Shown here: piece after piece, positions 38,894-48,819 of the stretch
Numbering within the stretch: position 1 is the stretch's first letter
Layout of the letters: each line of letters starts with the position of its first letter
Assembly (NCBI GenBank): GCA_964636275.1
Contig: CAZWRN010000002.1
Coordinates: 9,910 to 73,909 of the forward strand
Reading direction: 5' to 3'
Source of the DNA: an uncultured Gammaproteobacteria bacterium
GTDB taxonomy: Bacteria > Patescibacteriota > Microgenomatia > Daviesbacterales > UBA10151
DNA length: 64,000 bases
Translations under genes and position numbers: made by a program
The notes under the pieces: generated by a model
Database searches by the model: none
The model's input: only the letters and a program-made list of their open reading frames with translations
Told to the model about the DNA's origin: nothing

Positions 38894-39340
38894 ATGCGCT
38901 TAAAAGATTCAGTTGTAGCATTAAAAGATTTACCCCAACCAGAACTTCGTATTTTTGGACAAACATCAGGAGTGACTAATATATATTGGAATGGTGCTGT
39001 TGTGGTTGAAGCTTCAGTAGGACACGGTTATTTTCCGAGCCATCGAGAACTTGTAAATCGGCTTGGTCCAGATTATCAAAAATTAATTTCCTCTGTAGAA
39101 AAGTCTTATCAAATTAGAACAACTATTGCTGAAAATGTGGCAGCAGCTTTAGATGCGTTACCGATGCATGATCTACCAATTCAGCCTGATATCCGTGATC
39201 TAAGATCTAAAAGAAATCCCATTAACTCTGCAGCTTTGCCAGAAGTTATAGCTCCATCAACTTTATATACCACAGAAGTCACTTCACCAAAGAGATTGCC
39301 CAGAAAAGCTTTATTGACGGCTGCTGTTGCAGCTTTTTAA
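38894..39340 (+). CDS. Hypothetical protein
   Basis: Open ORF filling the intergenic space. Confidence 0.5.
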   Translation: MRLKDSVVALKDLPQPELRIFGQTSGVTNIYWNGAVVVEASVGHGYFPSHRELVNRLGPDYQKLISSVEKSYQIRTTIAENVAAALDALPMHDLPIQPDIRDLRSKRNPINSAALPEVIAPSTLYTTEVTSPKRLPRKALLTAAVAAF

Positions 39341-40716
39341 TCCTCTTTCTTCCAGTGTCCCAATCCTAAAAATTGTCTTAAACGATATGGCAGATGCTGT
39401 TCATCAAAATAAAAGCTTGGTTTGATCGCCATAAATCCAAGTAGGGCTACAGTTCCGCCGATAGCAATAAATATTGGAGCTGTTCCAAAAATATCGGCTA
39501 GTACTCCGACCAATACAACCGGAAACAGGGTCAGTGCCGACATCAATACTCCCAATATCGAAAAGACTTTTCCTCTAACACTATCCGGAGTATTTTCCTG
39601 TAATACAGTCTGAGAAGGCACAACAACAGAGACCATTGTCATACCAAGTAGAAATGACCCAATGGCTAAAATAGTAGACAGAGAAGGCTGGTAGATAAAT
39701 GGCAAAGGTCTTGGTTTGGGAAAATAACTAATAGCCGGGGAGATCAAAGGGGCTGCTCCGACCAGGAAAAACAATAATCCGGCCAGTAAAATAGCAATTC
39801 CGACAATACTTCGTTTGGGTATCTTATACCCGAACCGGCCAATCGCAATTCCTCCTAGTACCATCCCCAATCCCAGAGGTAAAATTAGAACATAAGATGC
39901 ATCGGTGGCATTTACTTGAAGATTTTTTTCAAAAAAAGATGGAATTAATACTCCTAATATGGCGATCGCTACCTGGACAGAAGCGAGAATCAGCAGTGAT
40001 GCCATCACCACTACTTTGCCTCTGATCAGTCCAATAGTACTCTTGACTTCCAATACCGACATCTCCCAAAAAGTTGGCAGGTCTTTTCTTTTTAAAGCAT
40101 TTTTTAATCTTCTTGATTGATCATCTTCAGTGTTAACTATTTTCGGAAAGTAAAAGGTCAGCCCAAATGCAGCCATCAACATTAATGCTCCCAATAAAAA
40201 GATCATATCAATCCCGAGATGTTGAATCAGTGGCCCGGAGAAACCAAATCCGATCAAAAAAGACGCAAATAAGGTGATAGAAAAAAGTGAGTTAGCCACC
40301 AGCAGCTGGTTTTTTTTGACTAAAAGCGGGATAGCTGAAGACTCAGCCGGGATATAAAACTGGCCTAAAGCATTAACTAAAAAAGTTATCCCTAAAATGG
40401 CTAAAAAGCTGCCTTTAAAGAAAATCAGGCCAATGAAGCAAAGCGCCATGGCCAGATCAATCACCCGAATAATTTTTCGCCTGTCAGTAATATCGACCAA
40501 TAAACCCGCAAAAAGTCCTAGAATCACTGCTGGCAGGTAGACAGCAAACATCAGAGCTGCTACAGCAGTGTTTGACTCTGTCAGTCTAAACACCCATATA
40601 AGCAGAGCGAAATTCATGCTGTTGTAGGATAGTTGGACCAAAATCTGATTAATCCATAAATTCACAAAGCCACGATGGGCTAAAATCTCTTTTAATGAAG
40701 CGGGTTTTTCTTCCAT
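39337..40716 (-). CDS. MFS transporter (MFS_3/H+ antiporter-like)
   Basis: GLLVDITDRRK, PAESSAIP, QENTPDSVRGKVF. Confidence 0.88.
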   Translation of the reverse strand: MEEKPASLKEILAHRGFVNLWINQILVQLSYNSMNFALLIWVFRLTESNTAVAALMFAVYLPAVILGLFAGLLVDITDRRKIIRVIDLAMALCFIGLIFFKGSFLAILGITFLVNALGQFYIPAESSAIPLLVKKNQLLVANSLFSITLFASFLIGFGFSGPLIQHLGIDMIFLLGALMLMAAFGLTFYFPKIVNTEDDQSRRLKNALKRKDLPTFWEMSVLEVKSTIGLIRGKVVVMASLLILASVQVAIAILGVLIPSFFEKNLQVNATDASYVLILPLGLGMVLGGIAIGRFGYKIPKRSIVGIAILLAGLLFFLVGAAPLISPAISYFPKPRPLPFIYQPSLSTILAIGSFLLGMTMVSVVVPSQTVLQENTPDSVRGKVFSILGVLMSALTLFPVVLVGVLADIFGTAPIFIAIGGTVALLGFMAIKPSFYFDEQHLPYRLRQFLGLGHWKKED

Positions 40717-40755
40717 AGGGTCAAACTGCATTGTACTCTTATCTAGAAAATTTTA

Positions 40756-41406
40756 TCAACCAGCTTGATCTAAAGTACGCCAAAAATGTTCTGGATCAGT
40801 TTGAATCCAGTCATGGTCTAGATTTGGCAGTATTTTTAATATAGATCCTTTGACCGCCTGATGAATTTGTTGGCTTGCTGTTACAGATACTAGCTTATCT
40901 GCATCTCCATATAAAATTTGGGTTGGCAGATTTATCTTTCTGGCTATGTCAACAGTATTTATTCTCCTTGCGAACTTACCTAGTTTCAGATGAAATAGTG
41001 GTTTTGATAAAAAATTAATTGCTTCAAAAAACTTTTTATCTGAATTATGAAATGCCTTTTTACTGTTTCTGCTTATCATTTTGAGTGACTCTTTCCCAAA
41101 ATCTCCTTCAAAGGGAAAACCTACAGAATTAATCAAATAGAGTTGTGTGATTTTTTGTGGATATGTGGCTGCATATGCAATTGCTACCGCTCCCCCCAAT
41201 GAATGTCCGGCTAAAACAAATTTATCAATTTGTTTGGACTGAATATACTCATCCAACTTTTTTGCTGCATCCATCAGATCTTGGTTTTCAATCAACCGGT
41301 CAGCCCCAATCATTTCAACTTTTATATCAACCGGAACAGTCTGTAAAAATTTTTTAAAGGAATAGTCAGTACTTGCCCATCCTCTGATAAATACAAAGTT
41401 TTTCAT
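40756..41406 (-). CDS. Alpha/beta hydrolase
   Basis: GHSLGG nucleophile elbow, GDAD, DH; ATGA overlap with mutM. Confidence 0.85.
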   Translation of the reverse strand: MKNFVFIRGWASTDYSFKKFLQTVPVDIKVEMIGADRLIENQDLMDAAKKLDEYIQSKQIDKFVLAGHSLGGAVAIAYAATYPQKITQLYLINSVGFPFEGDFGKESLKMISRNSKKAFHNSDKKFFEAINFLSKPLFHLKLGKFARRINTVDIARKINLPTQILYGDADKLVSVTASQQIHQAVKGSILKILPNLDHDWIQTDPEHFWRTLDQAG

Positions 41407-42278
41407 TTTTGGCACTGGGGGCAAAAAAAGGTCCCTCGTCCCCCCAGTTTGATTTTTTTTATTGGTGTTTGGCATTGTAAACAAGGTTTATTATCTCGGT
41501 TGTAGACTTTAGCATAGTTCAAAAATAAACCTTTTCTGCCGTCCGAATCGACAAAATGGGTCTTGGTAGACCCCCCGTATTTCACTCCATCTTTCAAGGC
41601 CTGAATAACCCCCTGGAATAATTTTTCAAACTGTTTGTCGGTTAATTCACTGACCTTGGTTTTGGGATTTACTCCGGCATTAAAACACCCTTCACAAGCA
41701 TAAATATTGCCTACCCCGGCCACAACTGACTGATCAAGCAATCCAACTTTAATCGGTGTTTTCGGATGTTTTTTGAGGTTGTTTTTAAACTGCTCCAAAG
41801 TATATTTTTTATCAAGTGGTTCAGGCCCCAGATTTTTTAAAAAAGAATCAATCTTTAACGACTCTCTATCCAATACTTTGATCCAGCCAAATTTTCGTTG
41901 ATCATTAAAAAACATGGTCTGCCCATCACTGAGATAAAATATGACTCTTGTTGATTTATTGGGCAGATCTGACAACATATCTTTAGTCGGATGCCCGCCT
42001 ACAAATCTGTCTTCTTTTTTCTTATTGCGTATTTCATTTTGCGTAACAATAATCTGCCCTGACATTTTGAGATGAAAAAGTAATGTATAACCATTTTCAA
42101 AATCAGTTCCTAAGCCTTTTCCCTTGCGCCAAATATTAACAATTTTTTGATTTAAAACAACTTCAGATTCTCCTTGAAAAGTTTTTGGATTGAGTATTTC
42201 AATTTTGGTAATAGTTTCACCAATTATTTTTTTGACTAAACTTAAACGAATTGTTTCAACTTCTGGTAGTTCCGGCAT
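41403..42278 (-). CDS. mutM: Formamidopyrimidine-DNA glycosylase
   Basis: MPELPEVE, HLKMSG, DQRKFG, GVGNIY, C4 zinc finger. Confidence 0.97.
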   Translation of the reverse strand: MPELPEVETIRLSLVKKIIGETITKIEILNPKTFQGESEVVLNQKIVNIWRKGKGLGTDFENGYTLLFHLKMSGQIIVTQNEIRNKKKEDRFVGGHPTKDMLSDLPNKSTRVIFYLSDGQTMFFNDQRKFGWIKVLDRESLKIDSFLKNLGPEPLDKKYTLEQFKNNLKKHPKTPIKVGLLDQSVVAGVGNIYACEGCFNAGVNPKTKVSELTDKQFEKLFQGVIQALKDGVKYGGSTKTHFVDSDGRKGLFLNYAKVYNRDNKPCLQCQTPIKKIKLGGRGTFFCPQCQK

Positions 42279-42314
42279 GAGGCTATTCTAACAAATATAA
42301 TAATTTTTCGCAGA

Positions 42315-42533
42315 TTAGAACATAAAGTATGTTAAAGCCTGTCTTATTCTGCTAGCTCGATTAATGATTACTCCTCCTGTATAAGCTAAAGTATTCAAGG
42401 CACCTTCTGTAAATGTCATTTTTTTCGGATATTCGCCAGTTAGAGCAAAGATAATATGTTCTGCTGATAGATTTTTACCGTCTATAATTTGATTAGCCTG
42501 ATTGGACCATTCGGGTTGGCGTTGTCTGGTCAT
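42315..42533 (-). CDS. Small hypothetical protein
   Basis: 72-aa ORF in an intergenic gap. Confidence 0.4.
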   Translation of the reverse strand: MTRQRQPEWSNQANQIIDGKNLSAEHIIFALTGEYPKKMTFTEGALNTLAYTGGVIINRASRIRQALTYFMF

Positions 42534-42597
42534 ATTTTAAAAGTACAGTCTATTTTAGCTTCAGTCAAGTGATTTATCTGTAAGAAAATACTGAATT

Positions 42598-43695
42598 TTA
42601 GGATTTAGACTTTTGTATCAAGGCAAGTATCTCTTTTTTAAAATGTTCAAAAGAAAATCTGGCAGCATTTTTTTTGAGTTCTTCAGTTTTAAACTTCATA
42701 GTTTCAAATTTATTGATAGCCAGTTGGAGACTGCCTATTTGTAAATCGCCAAAAAATACACCAGTTTTGCCATCAATAACTGTTTCTTTATATCCTCCCT
42801 GATAAAGGGCGATCACAGGTGTACCCGCGGCTTGACTCTCAATAGCTGTGATTCCAAAATCCTCCTCACTAGCGGCACAGATTAAAGCCTTGGCATTGGC
42901 TAAAAGCTGGACTCGTTCTTTATCGGAGACTTTGCCAGCAAAAGTAATATTACTTTTAGCTAGTTTTTTTAATCTGGCTTCTTCTCTACCCGTTCCTACT
43001 ACTATTAATCTTTTTCCATTACCGTTAAAAGTTTTGATAACCAGATCGATATTTTTATCAGGATCAAGTCTCGCCAAAGATAGGAAATAATCATCAGTTT
43101 CTGTTTTGACAGATTGAAACTCGGACAGATCAACTGGTGGATAGATCACTTCAGCATCCCGGCGGTAAAATTTCTTGATCCTTTTTTTGATATTTTCGGA
43201 GTTAGCTATCAACATATCCGGCCGCTGAGACAAAACAAAATCGTACTGCCTCATAAAATGATTGAGTATTTCTCCAAACAGTTTGGTGAAAATGTTTTTT
43301 TTGTACCAATGATTTTTGGTATATCCGTACAAATATCTGGGTGGAGTATGAATATAAGCGATATGTTTAGATCCCTGATCTGTAATAACCCCTTTAGCAT
43401 AATAGGCTGCTGAGGATGAGATTACTACATCGTATGAAGATAAATCAAAACTTTCAAATGCCATTGGTGATAAAAATTTTAAAGGAGATAGCAGGCTTTT
43501 TATTCCAGGTATTTTTTGCATCCAGGAAGTATGAATCTCCCAGCCCTTAAAACGCTGGGCATCCTTGCCCAAGGTTTTTGGGTTGTAATAAGCGGTGTAG
43601 AGAGGAGCCTCGGGGAAAATCTGATGTAGCGCTTCAACTACTCTTTCAGCTCCCCCGTATTCTTTTAAATAGTCATGTACCAGTGCTACTTTCAT
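42598..43695 (-). CDS. Glycosyltransferase family 4
   Basis: KVALVHDYL..GGAERV, EDFGITAIE. Confidence 0.92.
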   Translation of the reverse strand: MKVALVHDYLKEYGGAERVVEALHQIFPEAPLYTAYYNPKTLGKDAQRFKGWEIHTSWMQKIPGIKSLLSPLKFLSPMAFESFDLSSYDVVISSSAAYYAKGVITDQGSKHIAYIHTPPRYLYGYTKNHWYKKNIFTKLFGEILNHFMRQYDFVLSQRPDMLIANSENIKKRIKKFYRRDAEVIYPPVDLSEFQSVKTETDDYFLSLARLDPDKNIDLVIKTFNGNGKRLIVVGTGREEARLKKLAKSNITFAGKVSDKERVQLLANAKALICAASEEDFGITAIESQAAGTPVIALYQGGYKETVIDGKTGVFFGDLQIGSLQLAINKFETMKFKTEELKKNAARFSFEHFKKEILALIQKSKS

Positions 43696-43696
43696 T

Positions 43697-44749
43697 TTAA
43701 GTTAATAAAGCCTTTTCAAATTTGGTTATAAATTTTTCTTGAGTAAATCTTTGTGCATCTTTTTTAGATTGTTGAGCTATTTTTTTCGCTAAAGTCGGTT
43801 CCTGTATTAATCTTAACAGAGCGGCTGCCAATTGGTTAGTATCAGCTGGATCGACCAATAGTCCATTTTTTTCATGTTTGATAAATTCGGGGGTGCCACC
43901 GATATTGGTCGCAATGATCGGGACCTCAGCCAATGCTGCTTCTATGACCGTGGTTGCAAAAGGTTCAGCTTTTTTTGAGGGTAAAACAAAACAGTTCATT
44001 TTAGCAAAAGCTTTCGAGGGCTGGTCGATAAATCCCTCAAAATGGACTCCAGGTATCGCTGTATTTAGGATATTTTTTTCAATTGAGCCAGATTGTTTTT
44101 CGCCACTTCCCCAAATGACCAGTTCGGTATTTTCCACAGACAGCTTTTGAAATGCCTCTAGCAACTCTTTGGCACCCTTCCAATCAACCAGTCTCCCTAA
44201 GTACCCTATGACAAATTTTTTTGATATATTTTTTCGGATATCTGGTTTAAAAGCCGAACCCAGATATATTGTCTCTCCGGGCAATTTGTAAAAATCTTTT
44301 ATTGACTCCGAGACAAACAAATATTTATCTACTTCATCCCCGATCAACTGAAAAATCCATTTTGGGTAGTCGTAATCGCGAATATAGCTCACTAGTTTAA
44401 AATCTGATCGATGAATTTTGGAGGCCAGAGCAGCTATTAATAAAGCCCGCGTGGTATTGGCCATCACGATGTCTGGTTCAATTTTGGTGACGACACTGCT
44501 AAAAGCTTTTACTGCGCGGAGTAATCTGGGGATTGCAACTGGATGCAGTAGATTGAGTCTGGCAAATGGTATTTTGCTGATTTTTGCTTTTGAAGTGGTA
44601 TATATACTTTCAAATTCAGAAGCGGAATCAATGACCAGATAGGGCTCAATTTTGTCTCTGTTGAGCCATTTAATATCCTCTGCCAAGCGCAATTGGGCTC
44701 CGCCGGCAAAAGGAGTATGATCGACAAAAAGAATTTTTGTTTTATTCAT
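43697..44749 (-). CDS. Glycosyltransferase family 4
   Basis: GGAQ, GRLVDWKG, EPFATTVIEA. Confidence 0.9.
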   Translation of the reverse strand: MNKTKILFVDHTPFAGGAQLRLAEDIKWLNRDKIEPYLVIDSASEFESIYTTSKAKISKIPFARLNLLHPVAIPRLLRAVKAFSSVVTKIEPDIVMANTTRALLIAALASKIHRSDFKLVSYIRDYDYPKWIFQLIGDEVDKYLFVSESIKDFYKLPGETIYLGSAFKPDIRKNISKKFVIGYLGRLVDWKGAKELLEAFQKLSVENTELVIWGSGEKQSGSIEKNILNTAIPGVHFEGFIDQPSKAFAKMNCFVLPSKKAEPFATTVIEAALAEVPIIATNIGGTPEFIKHEKNGLLVDPADTNQLAAALLRLIQEPTLAKKIAQQSKKDAQRFTQEKFITKFEKALLT

Positions 44750-44808
44750 ACTTGGAATTGTAGCAAAAAAAGAGATCTCCTAGCACAAAAAGGTCAACAA
44801 AAGAGAGT

Positions 44809-45486
44809 TTAACTTTTTATCTGAGGCACACTGCCAAATACATGCAATCTGTTATCGGAAAATAATTCCCGCCAAACCTCATTCTTGACTGATTTACCTG
44901 GACTTTGAATGCCCATAGCGATATCTATTCCATTCAGGCGTTTGGAATCAAAAGTAGCAGCCTGCCCCAAGAGTCTGGCTAGATGGCTAAGCACACCTGC
45001 TTCTCTCAATCCCATTCTTGGTAGTCTGTCGCCAACATGCAAAGCTTTGACTATAGCAGCTTCTCCTCCATCTTCAAGTAACGATGTATCAAGCATCCTC
45101 ATACGTAATAATGCACCCATCTCTTTCAAAGCATTCATTTCTGCATCATTTAATCTGTCTCTCGAATGCCAACCTAAATTTGATGGTAGTGTAGCTTCAA
45201 ACTGCGCAACGCCTTTAGCTGGAGATTCTAATAGACTGGCTGGCCCAGTCCCCGTACTATCTATGCTGGGACGCGCCTCGAGCCCATGATTGGTCATATG
45301 ATGTGGCAAAGTCAGATTATTAATTGGACCCAAAACATACTTTTGCTGATCTGGTGAATAACCAAGGTCAGCTAAAATCTTGGGTCTAGCTGATAAGTAC
45401 TCCCTAAATAACGCCAACGAAGCATGCCTTCTTTGATCCCGATCAGGTGAGTTGGTTAATGTTTCTACGTTAGAGTTTACAGCCAT
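44809..45486 (-). CDS. Hypothetical protein
   Basis: 225-aa ORF, no motif recognised. Confidence 0.55.
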   Translation of the reverse strand: MAVNSNVETLTNSPDRDQRRHASLALFREYLSARPKILADLGYSPDQQKYVLGPINNLTLPHHMTNHGLEARPSIDSTGTGPASLLESPAKGVAQFEATLPSNLGWHSRDRLNDAEMNALKEMGALLRMRMLDTSLLEDGGEAAIVKALHVGDRLPRMGLREAGVLSHLARLLGQAATFDSKRLNGIDIAMGIQSPGKSVKNEVWRELFSDNRLHVFGSVPQIKS

Positions 45487-45549
45487 CAGATATTATTTCT
45501 AAATAATCTTATATTAAATTATTCTGGTGTGCTGGACTTTTGAATGACA

Positions 45550-46551
45550 TTATTCTGATATACCTGGATATATTTGTTTGATAGTTGTTAACAATTTTTC
45601 TACAGCAATCTGCCTGGTTCCCTCAATACGTGCTCCAGCTGCGGCTTTATGTCCGCCACCTCCTAGTGCTACTGCAATTTTAGATACATCATATTTATCG
45701 GCATCACGGGTTCTAAAAGAAGCGTTCCAGATTCCTGGTTCAGTTTCGATCAGGCTAATATCGATCTCCCATCCGGTGACAGAGCGTAATATATTGGATA
45801 TTTCATTGTTTTCGATATCTTCTGGCAAAATATTTTTTTGTTGCAGATCGGCCTGAGAGACGATCGCAATTGCCACTTTATCATCATAAAATGTCTCAAT
45901 TTGACTGAGAGCTATACCCATCAGATAGACCCTTTTAGCTGATAAATTGTTTTCCAGTTCAAAAAAAACTTGATGAAATTTTGGATACAAATTGACGAGT
46001 CTGGAGGTGATCTCAAATGTTTGGTCTGTTGTCCCCTCATAGCGAAAACGTGAATCAGTATAAATACCCACCAGTAAACAGATCGCAATTTCTGGTGTCA
46101 TAGTAATTCCCCACTTTTGGTAGATGCCATAAAGCAGCTGACAATTGGCTGGAATGGAATAATCGACCAGATTGATAGTTCCGTAGTTTGTATTGGATTT
46201 ATGATGATCGATCACCAACACTTTCAAATTCTCAGGAAAGACCACTTCGCCTTTTTTACTGATCTGATCGAGGTTGGAAGAATCCATAGCGATAAATAGA
46301 TCAAATTTTGACAGATCGGTTTCTAAAAAAGTCTGATCTTTGATTTCATCAAATCCTGGCAGCATCGAAAAAAGTTTGGGTGGATGAGAATCCCCACTGA
46401 TCACGACTGCCTCTTTACCGAGCTGTTTTAAAGCTTGTTTCATCGACAAAGCCGACCCAACTGAATCTCCATCCGGAGAGGGGTGCAGGTGGATTAAAAT
46501 ATTTTCAGAGGCTTTAATTAGCTCTAGGGCTTGGGAGATGTCTAAATTCAT
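45550..46551 (-). CDS. nrnA: DHH/DHHA1 phosphoesterase (nanoRNase/pAp phosphatase)
   Basis: HPSPDGDSVGS, IDHH, GIYTD, GGGHKAAAG. Confidence 0.9.
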   Translation of the reverse strand: MNLDISQALELIKASENILIHLHPSPDGDSVGSALSMKQALKQLGKEAVVISGDSHPPKLFSMLPGFDEIKDQTFLETDLSKFDLFIAMDSSNLDQISKKGEVVFPENLKVLVIDHHKSNTNYGTINLVDYSIPANCQLLYGIYQKWGITMTPEIAICLLVGIYTDSRFRYEGTTDQTFEITSRLVNLYPKFHQVFFELENNLSAKRVYLMGIALSQIETFYDDKVAIAIVSQADLQQKNILPEDIENNEISNILRSVTGWEIDISLIETEPGIWNASFRTRDADKYDVSKIAVALGGGGHKAAAGARIEGTRQIAVEKLLTTIKQIYPGISE

Positions 46552-46639
46552 ACCCTAAATTATACACATACTAGGCTAATTCAGCAAAAAAAAAATGCGA
46601 ATTGGCGTAATGCAGGATACTTGCTACAATGTAAGGGTA

Positions 46640-47659
46640 ATGATTTATCTTAAAAAATCTTTATTTGGAATTATCTTTTTAGTTTTATTTACCGGATTTC
46701 ATTTTTTTCTAATGCCGTTGTTGAATTCGTATGAATGGATTTTTGGCCTGAATCAATCTGCCGCCAATCAGCTGATACAACTGGCTTGTTTACTTTTATT
46801 TTCTTCATTTGCCTTTGTGCTTTTTGCTGCTTTATGTGGAGATCGAAGGATAGCTATCGGTGTATCGATTTTAGGCGCCCTAACCCCACTGCTTTTTTCC
46901 CTGTCTAGTACCGGACTTGTTTTGAGTGGTCTTTATCTTTTAGCCTTGATCAGTGTTTTTTTTATGGTTGAAAATATTATGCGTCATTACTACAACTTCT
47001 CCCCAGTTGTACTGCTTACTCCACCAATAAAAAATCTTTTTACAGCTTTACTTTTTATCATCTGTTTAGGCTACTATCTGTCTATTAACTCCGTAATAAA
47101 ACAGCAAGGTTTTGCTATTCCAGAATCGATGATACCCGATGCAGTTGTTCAACAGCTGATCTCTCAGCAATCTAGCCAGCTGATAAAAGGTGATAAATAC
47201 CTGGCTCAATTACCACAGCTAACTCCTGAACAATTACAACTACTCAAACAAAATCCAGACGTACTACGCCAATATGGCGTAGATCCAGCTATTTTGGAAC
47301 AATATGAAACCACTACTACATCAGCTCCTTCGACCAGTGCCCCTGCGACTTCGGCAACAAGTTCTGTACAAATCCCACCCACTTCTACTATATCTACTGG
47401 CTCTATCATTCCTTCAGTGGCAATGATCAAAAAGATGGCGTTAGCACCGATCAATGATATGCTCAATAAATATCAATTTTTGATCGCACCTGTTTTAGCA
47501 CTGATTTTATTTTCAGCATTTTCCTTTATCAGTTTTATCTTTTTCTTTTTCAATCTGATTAGCGGTGGATTAATGAAATTGATCTTTTACCTTCTGGAGA
47601 AATCAGGTTTTGTCAGATTTGAGAAAGAGATGCGCGAAGTGAAGAAAATCATCATCTAA
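46640..47659 (+). CDS. Membrane protein
   Basis: Multiple TM helices, Ser/Thr-rich extracellular linker. Confidence 0.65.
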   Translation: MIYLKKSLFGIIFLVLFTGFHFFLMPLLNSYEWIFGLNQSAANQLIQLACLLLFSSFAFVLFAALCGDRRIAIGVSILGALTPLLFSLSSTGLVLSGLYLLALISVFFMVENIMRHYYNFSPVVLLTPPIKNLFTALLFIICLGYYLSINSVIKQQGFAIPESMIPDAVVQQLISQQSSQLIKGDKYLAQLPQLTPEQLQLLKQNPDVLRQYGVDPAILEQYETTTTSAPSTSAPATSATSSVQIPPTSTISTGSIIPSVAMIKKMALAPINDMLNKYQFLIAPVLALILFSAFSFISFIFFFFNLISGGLMKLIFYLLEKSGFVRFEKEMREVKKIII

Positions 47660-47722
47660 AAATTTATTCTTTTATTATTCTGTTACAATACTGTCTCAGA
47701 AATCTAATTAATTTGCTTTATT

Positions 47723-48819
47723 ATGGCAACTGCTGAATTTGCATTAGCCAGAAAACTGTCGCGCAGACGAATGCTCGGAGAAACTGCTGCGGCTGTTGTA
47801 ACTGTTGGAGCACTCTTAAACCTGCCGATGATTCGAATACCTTTTTTACAACAGAGTATCAAGCGTCCTGATGTCTTGGGTGTGACCTTTAGTCAACTCC
47901 AATGCTCTCCCCGATATCTTGATATGGATTATCAGACAACTTTTAGAGAAATTTGTGACTTGGAGCCAGATGTGATTCGTCTGGGGACCTATTGGAATGA
48001 GATTGAATCAGACATTGGTTTTCAAAAAACAGATTGGCTGATGAATGAAGCTGCCAGAAGAAAAATAAATGTCATTCTGACAGTTGGAGCGAAAGCCCCT
48101 CGATTCCCAGAACTTCATCTTCCCCCGGATGTAGTTCATCTCAGTGGTACTGATCAAAATCAAGGCCGTAGTATCGGTTCTGATCCTTTAACTTACAATA
48201 GAGTAATGAAACACACCGAAAAAGTAGTTGAAATGTATAAGAATTATCCAAATCTAAAATACTGGCAGATTGAAAATGAGCCGCTTGATCATCTCGACTT
48301 TGCTGACAACCACTCAATTGATGAAAGCTTACTGAACGCCGAAATTAAATTGGTCAGAGAGAAAAACGGACTGATCAAAAGATTTTATTAAGTAACGCAT
48401 TTAAAATTCCTAGTGCTCCTTATAGTTTGATAAAAAGTTTAGAACTCAAACCGGATGGAACAGGTTTTAATGTATATCCAAAAGTTCCTCGCAGAGAGGG
48501 CGGATATTACCAAATGAATTGGGGTGATTATCGATTATTGGCCAAAAATGCTTCACTTATTGAATCACTAGATATTGAACCATGGATTTTTGAAGCTCAG
48601 GCTGAACCTTGGGAACCAAATAAACATGTTCATTTTGGACAAGAAGAGTACCCCAGTGTGTCAGTAAATCAAACACTTAGATTAGTTTCAGATCTGGTGA
48701 GAAGTGGCTATCAGAAACAACTTCTTTGGGGAGGTGAGTTTTGGGTTAAACAAAAACAGTTAGGTTTCCCTGAATGGATGGAAGCTATGAAACGACTCTT
48801 TTCACAAAAAGCAGCTTAA
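47723..48819 (+). pseudogene. Frameshifted clan GH-A glycoside hydrolase with twin-arginine-like N-terminus
   Basis: LSRRRMLG; RLGTYWNEIE; WQIENEP in ORF1 and WIFEAQAEPW in ORF2; one extra A at the A5 run 48362-48366 joins them into 365 aa. Confidence 0.75.
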
